A DNA stretch of 64,000 nucleotides from positions 7,603 to 71,602 of the forward strand of contig CAYQCJ010000003.1 of assembly GCA_964416025.1 (NCBI GenBank), read 5' to 3'. Below, piece after piece: positions 50,639 to 59,163 of the stretch. A program made the position numbers and the translations under genes. Each line of letters opens with the position of its first letter. The first letter of the stretch is position 1. The DNA comes from an uncultured Staphylococcaceae bacterium (GTDB taxonomy: Bacteria; Bacillota_I; Bacilli_A; RFN20; CAG-826). A model generated the notes under the pieces. That model was not told the origin of the DNA. It did not search any database and saw nothing but the letters and a program-made list of their open reading frames with translations.

Positions 50639-50941
50639 ATGTTATTACATTTAAGCAAAAAAGATAATTTTGACGAATTAATTAAAGGTGGAGATGTTAT
50701 TGTAGATTTCTTTGCCACTTGGTGTGGACCATGCAAAATGCTTGCACCAGAACTTGAGGATCTTGCTTATGAACATCCAGAAATTAAGGTTATTAAAGTT
50801 GATGTCGATGAATTCAACGAATTAGCCGGTAGATTTAATGTTAGAGCTGTTCCAACACTTGTCGTTTTCAAAAACGGTGTTGCCACAAATCAATCCATGG
50901 GTTACATGGATAAAAATGCTGTCCTTAGATTAATTAAGTAA
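50639..50941 (+). CDS. trxA: thioredoxin
   Basis: WCGPCK active site. The likely start is ATG 50639, 7 nt after a GGAGG SD. The track ORF begins at TTG 50621. Confidence 0.9.
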   Translation: MLLHLSKKDNFDELIKGGDVIVDFFATWCGPCKMLAPELEDLAYEHPEIKVIKVDVDEFNELAGRFNVRAVPTLVVFKNGVATNQSMGYMDKNAVLRLIK

Positions 50942-52087
50942 TTATTTTTTATCAAATTCGGAATTTATTAATTTAACCCATTGAGGTTTTATTGAATCAA
51001 TATTCCATAAGAAACTTCTTTTGTAAGAAGTTTCTTTTAATTTCTTAAGTTTTTCTTTATTCGATAAAACCTCAATAATTTTGTCGGCATAATCTTTTGG
51101 ATCTTTACTATTAATAATAAATCCATCGACACCATCTATAATTATTTCATTGGTTGAATCGCCAAAATTTCCCATAATTGTTGGCACGCTTTGTGAACTG
51201 GCCTCAATTTTAACTAAAGGAAAACCTTCGTAATTGGATGTCATAAGGAGTAAATCTGATTCAAGAAATTTAGTTTTAATTTCTTTTGTTGCACTATTTA
51301 AAGAAACATATCCATTTAATTTATTTTCTTTTATAAATATATTTATTTCATTAAATAAAGGTCCGTCTCCATAAATATTTAGCTTAAATTTAAATTTTCT
51401 CTCTCTTAATTCTTTAGCAACTTTTAAAGCTAGAAGAGGATTCTTTTGTTCACATAAACGTCCAACAAATATCAGCGAATTATTATGATATTCAAAATTA
51501 AATTCTGGTTTAAATCGACAAGGATTATAAATAAAACTTACAGGACATCCCAGCTTCTTTTTTGAATTTAACATGTCATTTAGCGTCTCTTTTGACAAAA
51601 CGACATATTGATCGGGTTTTTTGATTAACGAAAAACCAAAGCGAACTGGACGCGAATTAAAGTGTGAATAATTGTAGTTATAATGGAATATTTTCTTTAT
51701 ATGATTTGGAGATAAAAAATAACTATCATACTCAGAACATATCAAAACATTATCACCAACCATTGCTTTTATTTTCTTTCTGATTGAATGCTTTTTTAAG
51801 AAAAACCAATAAAAGACTCGTAAAGCCAATTTAATATTTTTAAATGGATGAAAACCTCTTATTTTAATAAAAGATTGATCACATGTTGTGACTTCACTTG
51901 GTATTCCAATAGAAAATATATTTATACGTTTATCAATATCATACAAACAACCACCATCATTTCTAGATGTCGTAATTAAAGTGATATCATAAACATCGCA
52001 TAAATTATTAATTAAATCGATGGTAACTGCCTCACTACCACCCAATTTATCAATCTGTTGAATCCACCAAAATAATTTCTTTTTCAT
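50942..52087 (-). CDS. glycosyltransferase family 4 (GT-B)
   Basis: C-terminal SNYEGFPLVKIEASSQSVPTI matches the EX7E-type GT4 motif. Confidence 0.8.
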   Translation of the reverse strand: MKKKLFWWIQQIDKLGGSEAVTIDLINNLCDVYDITLITTSRNDGGCLYDIDKRINIFSIGIPSEVTTCDQSFIKIRGFHPFKNIKLALRVFYWFFLKKHSIRKKIKAMVGDNVLICSEYDSYFLSPNHIKKIFHYNYNYSHFNSRPVRFGFSLIKKPDQYVVLSKETLNDMLNSKKKLGCPVSFIYNPCRFKPEFNFEYHNNSLIFVGRLCEQKNPLLALKVAKELRERKFKFKLNIYGDGPLFNEINIFIKENKLNGYVSLNSATKEIKTKFLESDLLLMTSNYEGFPLVKIEASSQSVPTIMGNFGDSTNEIIIDGVDGFIINSKDPKDYADKIIEVLSNKEKLKKLKETSYKRSFLWNIDSIKPQWVKLINSEFDKK

Positions 52088-52109
52088 ACAAAAATTATAT
52101 CACTAAATG

Positions 52110-52138
52110 TTGAAAAACTAATTTATGTCGCATATAAT
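52110..52138 (+). promoter_or_regulatory. promoter of tRNA-Gly
   Basis: TTGAAA-N17-TATAAT, 9 nt upstream of the tRNA 5' end. Confidence 0.6.
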
Positions 52139-52147
52139 AGTTAGCAC

Positions 52148-52221
52148 GCAGGTGTAGTTTAATGGTAGAGCATCAGCCTTCCAAGCTGATTACGCGGGTT
52201 CGATTCCCGTCACCTGCTCCA
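52148..52221 (+). tRNA. tRNA-Gly (anticodon TCC)
   Basis: Acceptor GCAGGTG/CACCTGC, anticodon stem TCAGC/GCTGA with loop CTTCCAA, T loop TTCGATT, and an encoded CCA. Confidence 0.9.
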
Positions 52222-52235
52222 TTCCTTAAAAATTT

Positions 52236-52262
52236 ACCCATCTAAAAGGATGGGTTTTTATT
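52236..52262 (+). terminator. rho-independent terminator after tRNA-Gly
   Basis: ACCCATC-TAAAAG-GATGGGT followed by TTTTTATTTT. Confidence 0.8.
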
Positions 52263-52308
52263 TTAAAAAATATTACCACTTGCAAGAAATATTAAATATA
52301 ATCTTCAT

Positions 52309-52917
52309 ATGAATAAAAACGAATCAAAACCATTAGATATTTTGCTAGGTACCTCTAACTTAGGAAAACTTAAAGAATACGAAGAGATGTTTGTTGGATA
52401 CAATGTTAAATTCCATACCTTAAAAGAATTTAATATTGATATCGATATTGATGAAAACGGAAAGACATATAAAGAAAACGCTTTGATAAAAGCCAATGCT
52501 TTAAAAAGCTTCACTTCCATGCCTTTATTAACAGATGATTCTGGTATTGAAATCGATGCTTTAGGAGAACACTTCCCTGGCATCTATACACACCGTTATG
52601 CAATAAAAAATGGGGGATTCGCAAAGAATAATGCATTTTTAAGTTCCACTTACCCCGGTTCAAAAGCAAAATTTTCGTGTTGTATTTGCATTGTTTTTCC
52701 TTCTCAAGATCCATTATTTTTTGAAGGCGAAGTTAAAGGCAAAATTGCTAATAATACTTATGGCGTTGAAGGTTTTGGCTATGATCCAATCTTTATTCCT
52801 GATGGATATAAAGAGACCTTCGCTCAACTTGGTGAAGAAATTAAAAACAGCATTTCCCATAGAGGAAACGCCGTTAAGTATTTAATCGAATATTTAAAAG
52901 AAAATAATCTTATTTAG
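52309..52917 (+). CDS. rdgB: non-canonical purine NTP pyrophosphatase RdgB/HAM1
   Basis: TSNLGKLKEY, LTDDSGIEIDAL, GFGYDPIF, SHRGNA. Confidence 0.9.
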   Translation: MNKNESKPLDILLGTSNLGKLKEYEEMFVGYNVKFHTLKEFNIDIDIDENGKTYKENALIKANALKSFTSMPLLTDDSGIEIDALGEHFPGIYTHRYAIKNGGFAKNNAFLSSTYPGSKAKFSCCICIVFPSQDPLFFEGEVKGKIANNTYGVEGFGYDPIFIPDGYKETFAQLGEEIKNSISHRGNAVKYLIEYLKENNLI

Positions 52918-53839
52918 TCATCTTATAAAAAATTAAGTAAGAAATTGCTAATAAGGCGACTGGAATTATTCCACACCACATAACAATATTATTCTTTGTT
53001 ACGGCACCAACAATAAATAAAACCAAAGCAACAACAAATAAAATTCCAAAAATGAGGAAGAACATACCTCTCATTTTTAAGAATTTTTCATCAGGAACAA
53101 TAACAACTAAAGTTTCTGGTTCAGTAAAATCTAATTTCTTAATGTTGTTCTTGGTTTCAATTTCATCAAAAGAAACATCTCCAATACCATTGATGTTATA
53201 AACGACATCTTTTCTTTGCTCTAAACTTTTGAGGCTTTCACTAAAATTATTCATAAATGATGGTTTATCAGCTTTGAATTCTTCAAATTCTTCAGCATCA
53301 ACAAGTTCAAAAGAATCGTTAAGAAAATTCATTAAAGTGATTGAATCTTCCACACCTTTTTTATAATATTCAAAATACTCTTTTTTCAAAAAAGTACCGT
53401 CAATCATAAGTCTTTTTTCTAAAGTTGAGAAAAAATAACGAATTTGATTTTCAATATCACGTACAAAATTAAGATATAAAAAAGAGTTCTCTTTATCTAA
53501 AACAATGTCATAAGAATTGATAATTTCGATAACATCCAAAAAGTGAATATCATCAAATGATTGGCCATATATTTTATTTAAAGCCATACCAATAATCGAT
53601 GACAAATCGTTTGGTCTAAGTTCTAAGCAACTCTTGTAAGCATCATATCCAGCTTGATGATCGGTTGAATTGTAGGTTAATTTATAAGCATATTTTGATA
53701 ATTGAGCATATTTTTTATCAATAAGTTCTTTGCCTTGAGCATAAGTAAAAGTTACTCCACATGTGGAGCAAAAAACGTTTGGTTTCTCTGGATCAGCACT
53801 AATAATTTTCCCGCACTCGGGACATATAACTTTTTTCAT
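52910..53839 (-). CDS. zinc-ribbon protein with a helical middle region and two C-terminal TM helices, unknown function
   Basis: The likely start is ATG 53839 (MKKVICPECGK...CSTCG). It has a TPR-like helical stretch and a hydrophobic C-terminal hairpin. It lies downstream of, and co-directional with, the XRE-ImmA pair. Confidence 0.6.
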   Translation of the reverse strand: MKKVICPECGKIISADPEKPNVFCSTCGVTFTYAQGKELIDKKYAQLSKYAYKLTYNSTDHQAGYDAYKSCLELRPNDLSSIIGMALNKIYGQSFDDIHFLDVIEIINSYDIVLDKENSFLYLNFVRDIENQIRYFFSTLEKRLMIDGTFLKKEYFEYYKKGVEDSITLMNFLNDSFELVDAEEFEEFKADKPSFMNNFSESLKSLEQRKDVVYNINGIGDVSFDEIETKNNIKKLDFTEPETLVVIVPDEKFLKMRGMFFLIFGILFVVALVLFIVGAVTKNNIVMWCGIIPVALLAISYLIFYKMTK

Positions 53840-53905
53840 ACGCCTATTATATATTATAAGATTAAATGAAAACACTAAAAATCACGTTTTCGTAAAATTG
53901 TTTTT

Positions 53906-53934
53906 AAAATCCCTTGCTAATCCCCATTATTTTT
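53906..53934 (-). repeat. 29-nt operon-end motif, copy B
   Basis: AAAATCCCTTGCTAATCCCCATTATTTTT (28/29 to consensus), abutting the stop of the ImmA-like gene. Confidence 0.7.
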
Positions 53935-54614
53935 TAGAAACGAATATTATTAACTCTTTCATCAACAAGTTCATTGTCTGTAATTTTATCAATGACCACT
54001 CCGGTTGTTTCAGTAATCATAAATTTATAAACAGTAGTGTCGCTATGACCAAGCAAAAGTTCAATATCAATATTATCTTTTAAAGAATTAATTTTTCTAT
54101 AAACAGCACATTCAGGAGAAACAAAAAATTGTTTCTCAATTTCTTTTTCATTTAATTTTTGGCAAACTCTTTCAGGAATCAAAATGTAACCAGCTAATCT
54201 ATTAGCTTGCCACTCTGGATCAGAAAATGATTGAACACCTTTTCCATCATCATCCTTCAATTTCGGTTTTCTATTTGTAACTTGCATCAAAAACATATGT
54301 GCAAATTCATGAGTTAATGTAAATCTAGAACGAGGATCAACTTTTGCGGAGTCATATTGACTACTTTTTATATAAATAGTATTTTCTTGAAAAGAATAAA
54401 ACGCCAATTGTTTCTCTTCATCAAAAATTTCATCATCATCTTCAACAACTTGATAAGAAAAATTGTTAAAAATCGGATCGTCCATTGCCAAATCTAAAAC
54501 TTTTAAAATAGGAAACTCTTCAGCTTCCTCGATTTTAAAAATTTTTCTTATTCCATCTGCGTATTTAATTAATTGCTTCTTATTAGTAGGTGCACAAAAA
54601 CATAATTGATTCAT
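53934..54614 (-). CDS. ImmA/IrrE-family (COG2856) zinc metallopeptidase
   Basis: HExxH in LTHEFAHMFLMQ, the downstream DPEWQANRLAGYILIP motif typical of COG2856, and its position immediately after an XRE gene. Confidence 0.8.
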   Translation of the reverse strand: MNQLCFCAPTNKKQLIKYADGIRKIFKIEEAEEFPILKVLDLAMDDPIFNNFSYQVVEDDDEIFDEEKQLAFYSFQENTIYIKSSQYDSAKVDPRSRFTLTHEFAHMFLMQVTNRKPKLKDDDGKGVQSFSDPEWQANRLAGYILIPERVCQKLNEKEIEKQFFVSPECAVYRKINSLKDNIDIELLLGHSDTTVYKFMITETTGVVIDKITDNELVDERVNNIRF

Positions 54615-54628
54615 TTATTCACCAATAT

Positions 54629-54997
54629 TCATTTGTTTTTGTTTTCTTCGGCATCTAAAAGCTTTTGCAATTTAGATAATAAGTCAGGATCAGCATTTTT
54701 TATATTACGAGCAAATTTAATTGAAATATCTTGTTGTTCATCAGAAAAATTATTCATTTCAATATTAACTTGACTCTTTGCAATCGAAACCACCTTTTCG
54801 AGTTCAATGCTTTCGCTTTCATTTAAATTATATTTGTCATTTAAAATCTCAATCCATTTATCTGGAAAGGCTCTTTTACCACACTCAACCGAAGATACAT
54901 ACGCAGAACTTACATTGAGTTTCGCAGCCATATCTTTTAAGGTTTCGTCATGATCTACTCTTAAATGTCTTAAATATTTCCCAATTTCAGTAATCAT
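54629..54997 (-). CDS. XRE-family helix-turn-helix transcriptional regulator
   Basis: HTH_3-like LRHLRVDHDETLKDMAAKLNVSSAYVSSVECGKR, followed by a C-terminal helical tail. Confidence 0.85.
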   Translation of the reverse strand: MITEIGKYLRHLRVDHDETLKDMAAKLNVSSAYVSSVECGKRAFPDKWIEILNDKYNLNESESIELEKVVSIAKSQVNIEMNNFSDEQQDISIKFARNIKNADPDLLSKLQKLLDAEENKNK

Positions 54998-55038
54998 ATA
55001 TAAATCCTTCTATGCATTAATTATTTACAAAGTTCTCT

Positions 55039-55048
55039 TTGAATTCAA
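55039..55048. promoter_or_regulatory. candidate operator palindrome in the XRE promoter region
   Basis: Perfect 10-bp palindrome TTGAATTCAA about 45 nt upstream of the XRE start, overlapping a possible TTGTTG -35. Confidence 0.25.
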
Positions 55049-55242
55049 CAAAAATGTTTATCTTTTATAATTTTGTTAAAAAATTAGCATTTTTTATCAT
55101 TAATTGGCAAAAAATCACATTTTTAAGCAAAATAATAACAAAAGTTTACACTCAACAAAAGCTTCTTAAATAGACACATTCATTGTTTTATGTCGATTAA
55201 TTTTAACTGAATTTGCTTTATAATAAAAAACTGGGTTAAAAA

Positions 55243-55890
55243 ATGAACATTAAAGACAGATTAAAAGACAAAAATACAAGAATCAATCTATTTACGTTTT
55301 TTTCGTTATTCATGAATTTTGCTTATGCCTTATACAATTTATTTTTAGGAATAGGTTATTCATCTTTTTGGTTTTGTGTGATGTTTGTTTATTATCTAAT
55401 TTTGGGTATAGCTAAACTTTGTTCATTACTTACAAGAAAAAAACATCCTCAAGATGAAAAGAAACAATATCAAACCATGAAAATTATTGGTTTTTTATTT
55501 ATTCCTTTAATGATTATTATGAGTACTTCAATTGCTTTAACAATGAAATACAGTCTTTACACAAGTCACACCAAAATAATCATGATTACAATTGCTGTTT
55601 ACACCACTTATAGAGTCACAAACTCGATCATAAATTTCTACAAAACAAGAAAAGCAAAAGATGTAACTTTATATACAATAAGAAATATAAATATCGCCGA
55701 AGCTCTTATCTCTTTACTCAACCTACAAATGACCATGTTTGCGAGTTTTGATAGCGAAGATATAAATACTCATCACATCATGAATATCGCAACAGGAGCC
55801 GTTGTATGCGTATTTATTTTGATATTAGGAATTTTAATGATTGTCATATCTTTTAAAAAAATTAAAAGCATAAAAAAAGACCAAATTTAA
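55243..55890 (+). CDS. multi-pass membrane protein, unknown function (distant paralog of 60566..61222)
   Basis: About 5-6 TM helices with basic N- and C-termini. Same length and topology as 60566..61222, with weak colinear similarity. Confidence 0.6.
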   Translation: MNIKDRLKDKNTRINLFTFFSLFMNFAYALYNLFLGIGYSSFWFCVMFVYYLILGIAKLCSLLTRKKHPQDEKKQYQTMKIIGFLFIPLMIIMSTSIALTMKYSLYTSHTKIIMITIAVYTTYRVTNSIINFYKTRKAKDVTLYTIRNINIAEALISLLNLQMTMFASFDSEDINTHHIMNIATGAVVCVFILILGILMIVISFKKIKSIKKDQI

Positions 55891-55913
55891 CATTTAGTCT
55901 TTTAGTTTCAACA

Positions 55914-56003
55914 TGGCGGAGTAAGAGGGATTCGAACTCTCGCTGCAGTTGCCCGCACTACTTCCTTAGCAGGGAAGCCCCTTCACCACTTGGGTATTAC
56001 TCC
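55914..56003 (-). tRNA. tRNA-Ser (anticodon GCT), class II with a long variable arm
   Basis: Acceptor GGAGTAA/TTACTCC, D arm CCC-AAGTGGTGAA-GGG, anticodon stem CTTCC/GGAAG with loop CTGCTAA, long variable arm, T loop TTCGAAT (one A-C mismatch in the T stem), and an encoded CCA. Confidence 0.8.
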
Positions 56004-56061
56004 ATGGTTGCTTGAATAATATATCATAATCGACTTAAAATACAAAGAATTTTAATTTTTG

Positions 56062-56089
56062 AAAATCCCTTATATCTAAATTAATTTTA
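56062..56089 (-). repeat. operon-end motif, half-conserved copy D
   Basis: AAAATCCCTTATATCTAAATTAATTTTA abuts the TGA stop at 56090. The first 10 nt are identical to the consensus. Confidence 0.45.
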
Positions 56090-56566
56090 TCACCCAACTG
56101 TCACATCTACAACTTTATCAAATCTACTTCTTGTCTTATCGTCTAAAGGCTCGTATAAATCAACCATATGTAAAATAACATCATCTGGAACCCATTTATC
56201 TTTAATTCTTTTTCTATTGTTCTCAAGATTAAAATTAATATTTTTTGTATGAAACATAATAATCTCGTAATAATCAAATTTTTTAAGATGATCTATATAA
56301 TAATTACGGCGATAATTCTCTAAAAATGTTGAATCCATAATGAGAGTTAAATCTTCGTATTCATCATATAATTTATTACCTTTAACGATCATTTGATCAT
56401 AAATATCGTACATATTTTTCGGAAAATGAAGATAAGTTCCGTACATTTCTTTTCTTGTTTCATCACTATCAATATGAACAACATTTTTTTCGTTTAAAAG
56501 ATGTTCTTTAACATAGGTGGATTTTCCGCTTCCAGGCAAGCCAGCCATAATAATCAATTTCTTCAT
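56090..56566 (-). CDS. stand-alone P-loop kinase resembling the kinase domain of polynucleotide kinase (AAA_33 / Pnk-like)
   Basis: MKKLIIMAGLPGSGKST...IDSDETR...LIMDSTFL...NNRKR parallels T4 Pnk as I recall it (MKKIILTIGCPGSGKST...INRDDYR...IISDTNL...NSKRG). It starts 2 nt after the phnE stop. Confidence 0.6.
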   Translation of the reverse strand: MKKLIIMAGLPGSGKSTYVKEHLLNEKNVVHIDSDETRKEMYGTYLHFPKNMYDIYDQMIVKGNKLYDEYEDLTLIMDSTFLENYRRNYYIDHLKKFDYYEIIMFHTKNINFNLENNRKRIKDKWVPDDVILHMVDLYEPLDDKTRSRFDKVVDVTVG

Positions 56567-56568
56567 AA

Positions 56569-57465
56569 CTATAATAATTTCTTTCTTAAGATACTAGAAA
56601 TTATATCAACAAAAATAATTAATAAAACAACACCTAATAATAAAGGAGTAAGCATAGACCATGTTCCGAATGCTGAATAAACCCAAATATAATATCCGAT
56701 TCCACCAGCTCCAACTAATCCTAATAATGAAGCGGTTCTAACATTTAGATCAAAACGATATAAAATAACACTTAAAAAGTTAGGAGCAACTTGAGGCACA
56801 ACACCAAGTTTTACTCTTGTTAAAAAACTTGCTCCACATGCGTCTAAGGCTTCTAATGGTTGATTATCAACGACATCAAGTTGCTCCGAATACATTTTAC
56901 CAATCATACCAATGGAGTGAACTGATAAAACGGCAACACCAGCAAATGATCCAAATCCAACAACTTTAACCATAATTAAACCGAATAAAATTTCTGGGAA
57001 TGTTCTAATTAAAATTAAGAATAATTCTGAAATAATCGACCATTTTCCAACCATTCTCTTACTAGCAAAGAAACCAAATGGAATTGCCAATATCGAAGAA
57101 ATTAAGGTGCCAATAAAAGCAATTGAGAAGGTTTCAATGATTTGATAAATAACTGATTCAGAAAATCTATAATCGCCATATCCAAAGAAATAGGACCAAT
57201 TAGGATTACAAACACCTTTCCACAATTCACCAAGTCTAGTTCCATTAAAATTAATGCCATTCATAAAACTAACATCAACTGAAAAATAAATCATTACTGC
57301 TAAGAATGCTAAAACCAAGATAATGTTATAAATCCATAACATTGGTCTTCTATCGTATGTTTCTTTGGGAGTTTTGGCCGATACAGTCGACTTAATTCTT
57401 ACAAAATTAAGGAATTTTTCCCAATTAGTTTTAATATTTGCAATAAAAGTTTCTGATTTTTTCAT
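56569..57465 (-). CDS. phnE: phosphonate-type ABC transporter permease PhnE (second copy)
   Basis: Six-TM permease with the PhnE-like C-terminal core (EALDACGASFLTRVKLGVVPQVAPNF...RTASLLGLVGAGGIG). Confidence 0.8.
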   Translation of the reverse strand: MKKSETFIANIKTNWEKFLNFVRIKSTVSAKTPKETYDRRPMLWIYNIILVLAFLAVMIYFSVDVSFMNGINFNGTRLGELWKGVCNPNWSYFFGYGDYRFSESVIYQIIETFSIAFIGTLISSILAIPFGFFASKRMVGKWSIISELFLILIRTFPEILFGLIMVKVVGFGSFAGVAVLSVHSIGMIGKMYSEQLDVVDNQPLEALDACGASFLTRVKLGVVPQVAPNFLSVILYRFDLNVRTASLLGLVGAGGIGYYIWVYSAFGTWSMLTPLLLGVVLLIIFVDIISSILRKKLL

Positions 57466-57466
57466 A

Positions 57467-58360
57467 CTATAAACTCTTCCTTCTCAAGAAACTTGAAAGT
57501 AGTTGTAAAATGACAACAACCACAAATAAAGGTATTAAAATTGCACCAACTTTATCGTATTGTTGGGCATCCATTGCATTACTTAATAATTGTCCAATAC
57601 CACCAGCACCAACAAATCCTAAAATAACAGATGCTCTAACATTAATTTCAAATGTATATAAAAAGTTAGAGAAAAACATTGGTTTAACTTGAGGATATAA
57701 GGCGATTCTAGCGGCTTTAAATCTTGTTGCACCAGTTGAAATGCTGGCTTCAAATGGATTCATATTACAAGTATCGATATATTCATACATTAATTTAAAC
57801 ATTATACCCATCGTAAATACCGCTATTGCCCAAATACCGGCAGTATTACCAATTCCAAAAAAGACTGTACATAAAATTGCTAAAACATATGTTGGGATGG
57901 TTCTAATAATATCAACAATAATTCTAACTGGTTGATAAATGTACCATTTAACGACAATATTTCTAGAAGCTACAATAAATAGAGGAATAGCAATAGCTGT
58001 TCCGATGGTTGTTCCAATAAAAACCATTTCCACTGTTGACCAAATTGCTGGAATCGCTGTGGCAAAAATATATTCGTTATATCGATCCCAAGTTTTTAAA
58101 CTGTATTCAGAAGGTGTAAACATCTGTCCAAAGATTACACCAATTTGGTCAATACGGATTTTTGTTGGCAATTCAATAAAGATAAAGCAACATGCAAAAA
58201 TTGCAGCAACAATTAATAAATATAAGAAACCAAGGCTTCTTTTTTTCTCAATAGTTTGGTTAGCTTTTCCATTTCCGCCCAATGATACAACAACTGTTTT
58301 GTATCTCAATTTATGGAAAAACCTATGCAAACCCCCCTTATTTTCAGTTTGCATCATCAA
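57467..58360 (-). CDS. phnE: phosphonate-type ABC transporter permease PhnE (first copy)
   Basis: [26 protein letters not shown]...[15 protein letters not shown]. Paralog of the downstream gene. Confidence 0.8.
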   Translation of the reverse strand: MMMQTENKGGLHRFFHKLRYKTVVVSLGGNGKANQTIEKKRSLGFLYLLIVAAIFACCFIFIELPTKIRIDQIGVIFGQMFTPSEYSLKTWDRYNEYIFATAIPAIWSTVEMVFIGTTIGTAIAIPLFIVASRNIVVKWYIYQPVRIIVDIIRTIPTYVLAILCTVFFGIGNTAGIWAIAVFTMGIMFKLMYEYIDTCNMNPFEASISTGATRFKAARIALYPQVKPMFFSNFLYTFEINVRASVILGFVGAGGIGQLLSNAMDAQQYDKVGAILIPLFVVVVILQLLSSFLRRKSL

Positions 58361-59123
58361 CTTCTCCTAATTTTTCGGAGTGTTTCAAAGCACGTCCGTA
58401 AATGTTAAATAACACTTCATCGGTAATATCTTCAGGACGTCCATCAAAGACAATTTTTCCAGCTTTTATACCGATAATACGATTAGCATATTTAATTGCT
58501 AAATCAACATGGTGCATATTAGCAACAATGGTGATTCCAAATTCTTTATTAATTTTTGCAAAGTCATCCATAACCGAAACAGTTGTAACAGGATCAAGAC
58601 TTGCAACAGGTTCATCAGCTAAAATAATCTTAGGTTCTTGAGTTAAAGCTCTCGCTAAGGCCACACGTTGTTGTTGGCCTCCGCTAAGTTGATCGGCTCT
58701 AATAAAAGCTTTATCTAAAATACCCAATTTATCGAGAGATTGTAAAGCTAACATCTTTTCTTCCTTTGTATAGATACCAAATAAAGTACTAAAGGTAGAG
58801 TGGTAACCCACTCTACCTGCTAGTACATTTTTATAAACCGAGGATCTATTAACTAAGTTAAAAGATTGAAAAATCATGCCGATATTTCTACGAATTAAAC
58901 GCAATTTCTTGCCTTTTGCTTTCGAAATATCATCACCATTTACAACAATGGTTCCTGATTGAATCGTGTGCATTTTGTTTATCGATCTTAAAAGGGTGGA
59001 TTTACCAGCACCTGATAAACCAATAATACAAAGAAAATCACCATCATTAACAGTAAGATTTACATCATCCAGCCCCTTAACACCACTAGGATAAATCTTG
59101 CTTACATTTTTAAATTCAATCAT
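58344..59123 (-). CDS. phnC: phosphonate-type ABC transporter ATP-binding protein PhnC
   Basis: [56 protein letters not shown]. Confidence 0.85.
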   Translation of the reverse strand: MIEFKNVSKIYPSGVKGLDDVNLTVNDGDFLCIIGLSGAGKSTLLRSINKMHTIQSGTIVVNGDDISKAKGKKLRLIRRNIGMIFQSFNLVNRSSVYKNVLAGRVGYHSTFSTLFGIYTKEEKMLALQSLDKLGILDKAFIRADQLSGGQQQRVALARALTQEPKIILADEPVASLDPVTTVSVMDDFAKINKEFGITIVANMHHVDLAIKYANRIIGIKAGKIVFDGRPEDITDEVLFNIYGRALKHSEKLGEVDDAN

Positions 59124-59163
59124 AAAAAACCTTCTCTATTTATATATAAAAACAAGTCTAAAA

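Noticed and set aside
52222-55913. Region between tRNA-Gly and tRNA-Ser as an integrated prophage, ICE or genomic island
   Set aside because: I saw no integrase, recombinase, direct repeats of tRNA 3' ends or phage structural genes, and the region contains the housekeeping gene rdgB. I kept only the XRE-ImmA observation.
57510-58641. Plus-strand ORFs (60-143 aa) across phnE/phnC
   Set aside because: They are antisense to well-supported ABC transporter genes and have no independent signals.
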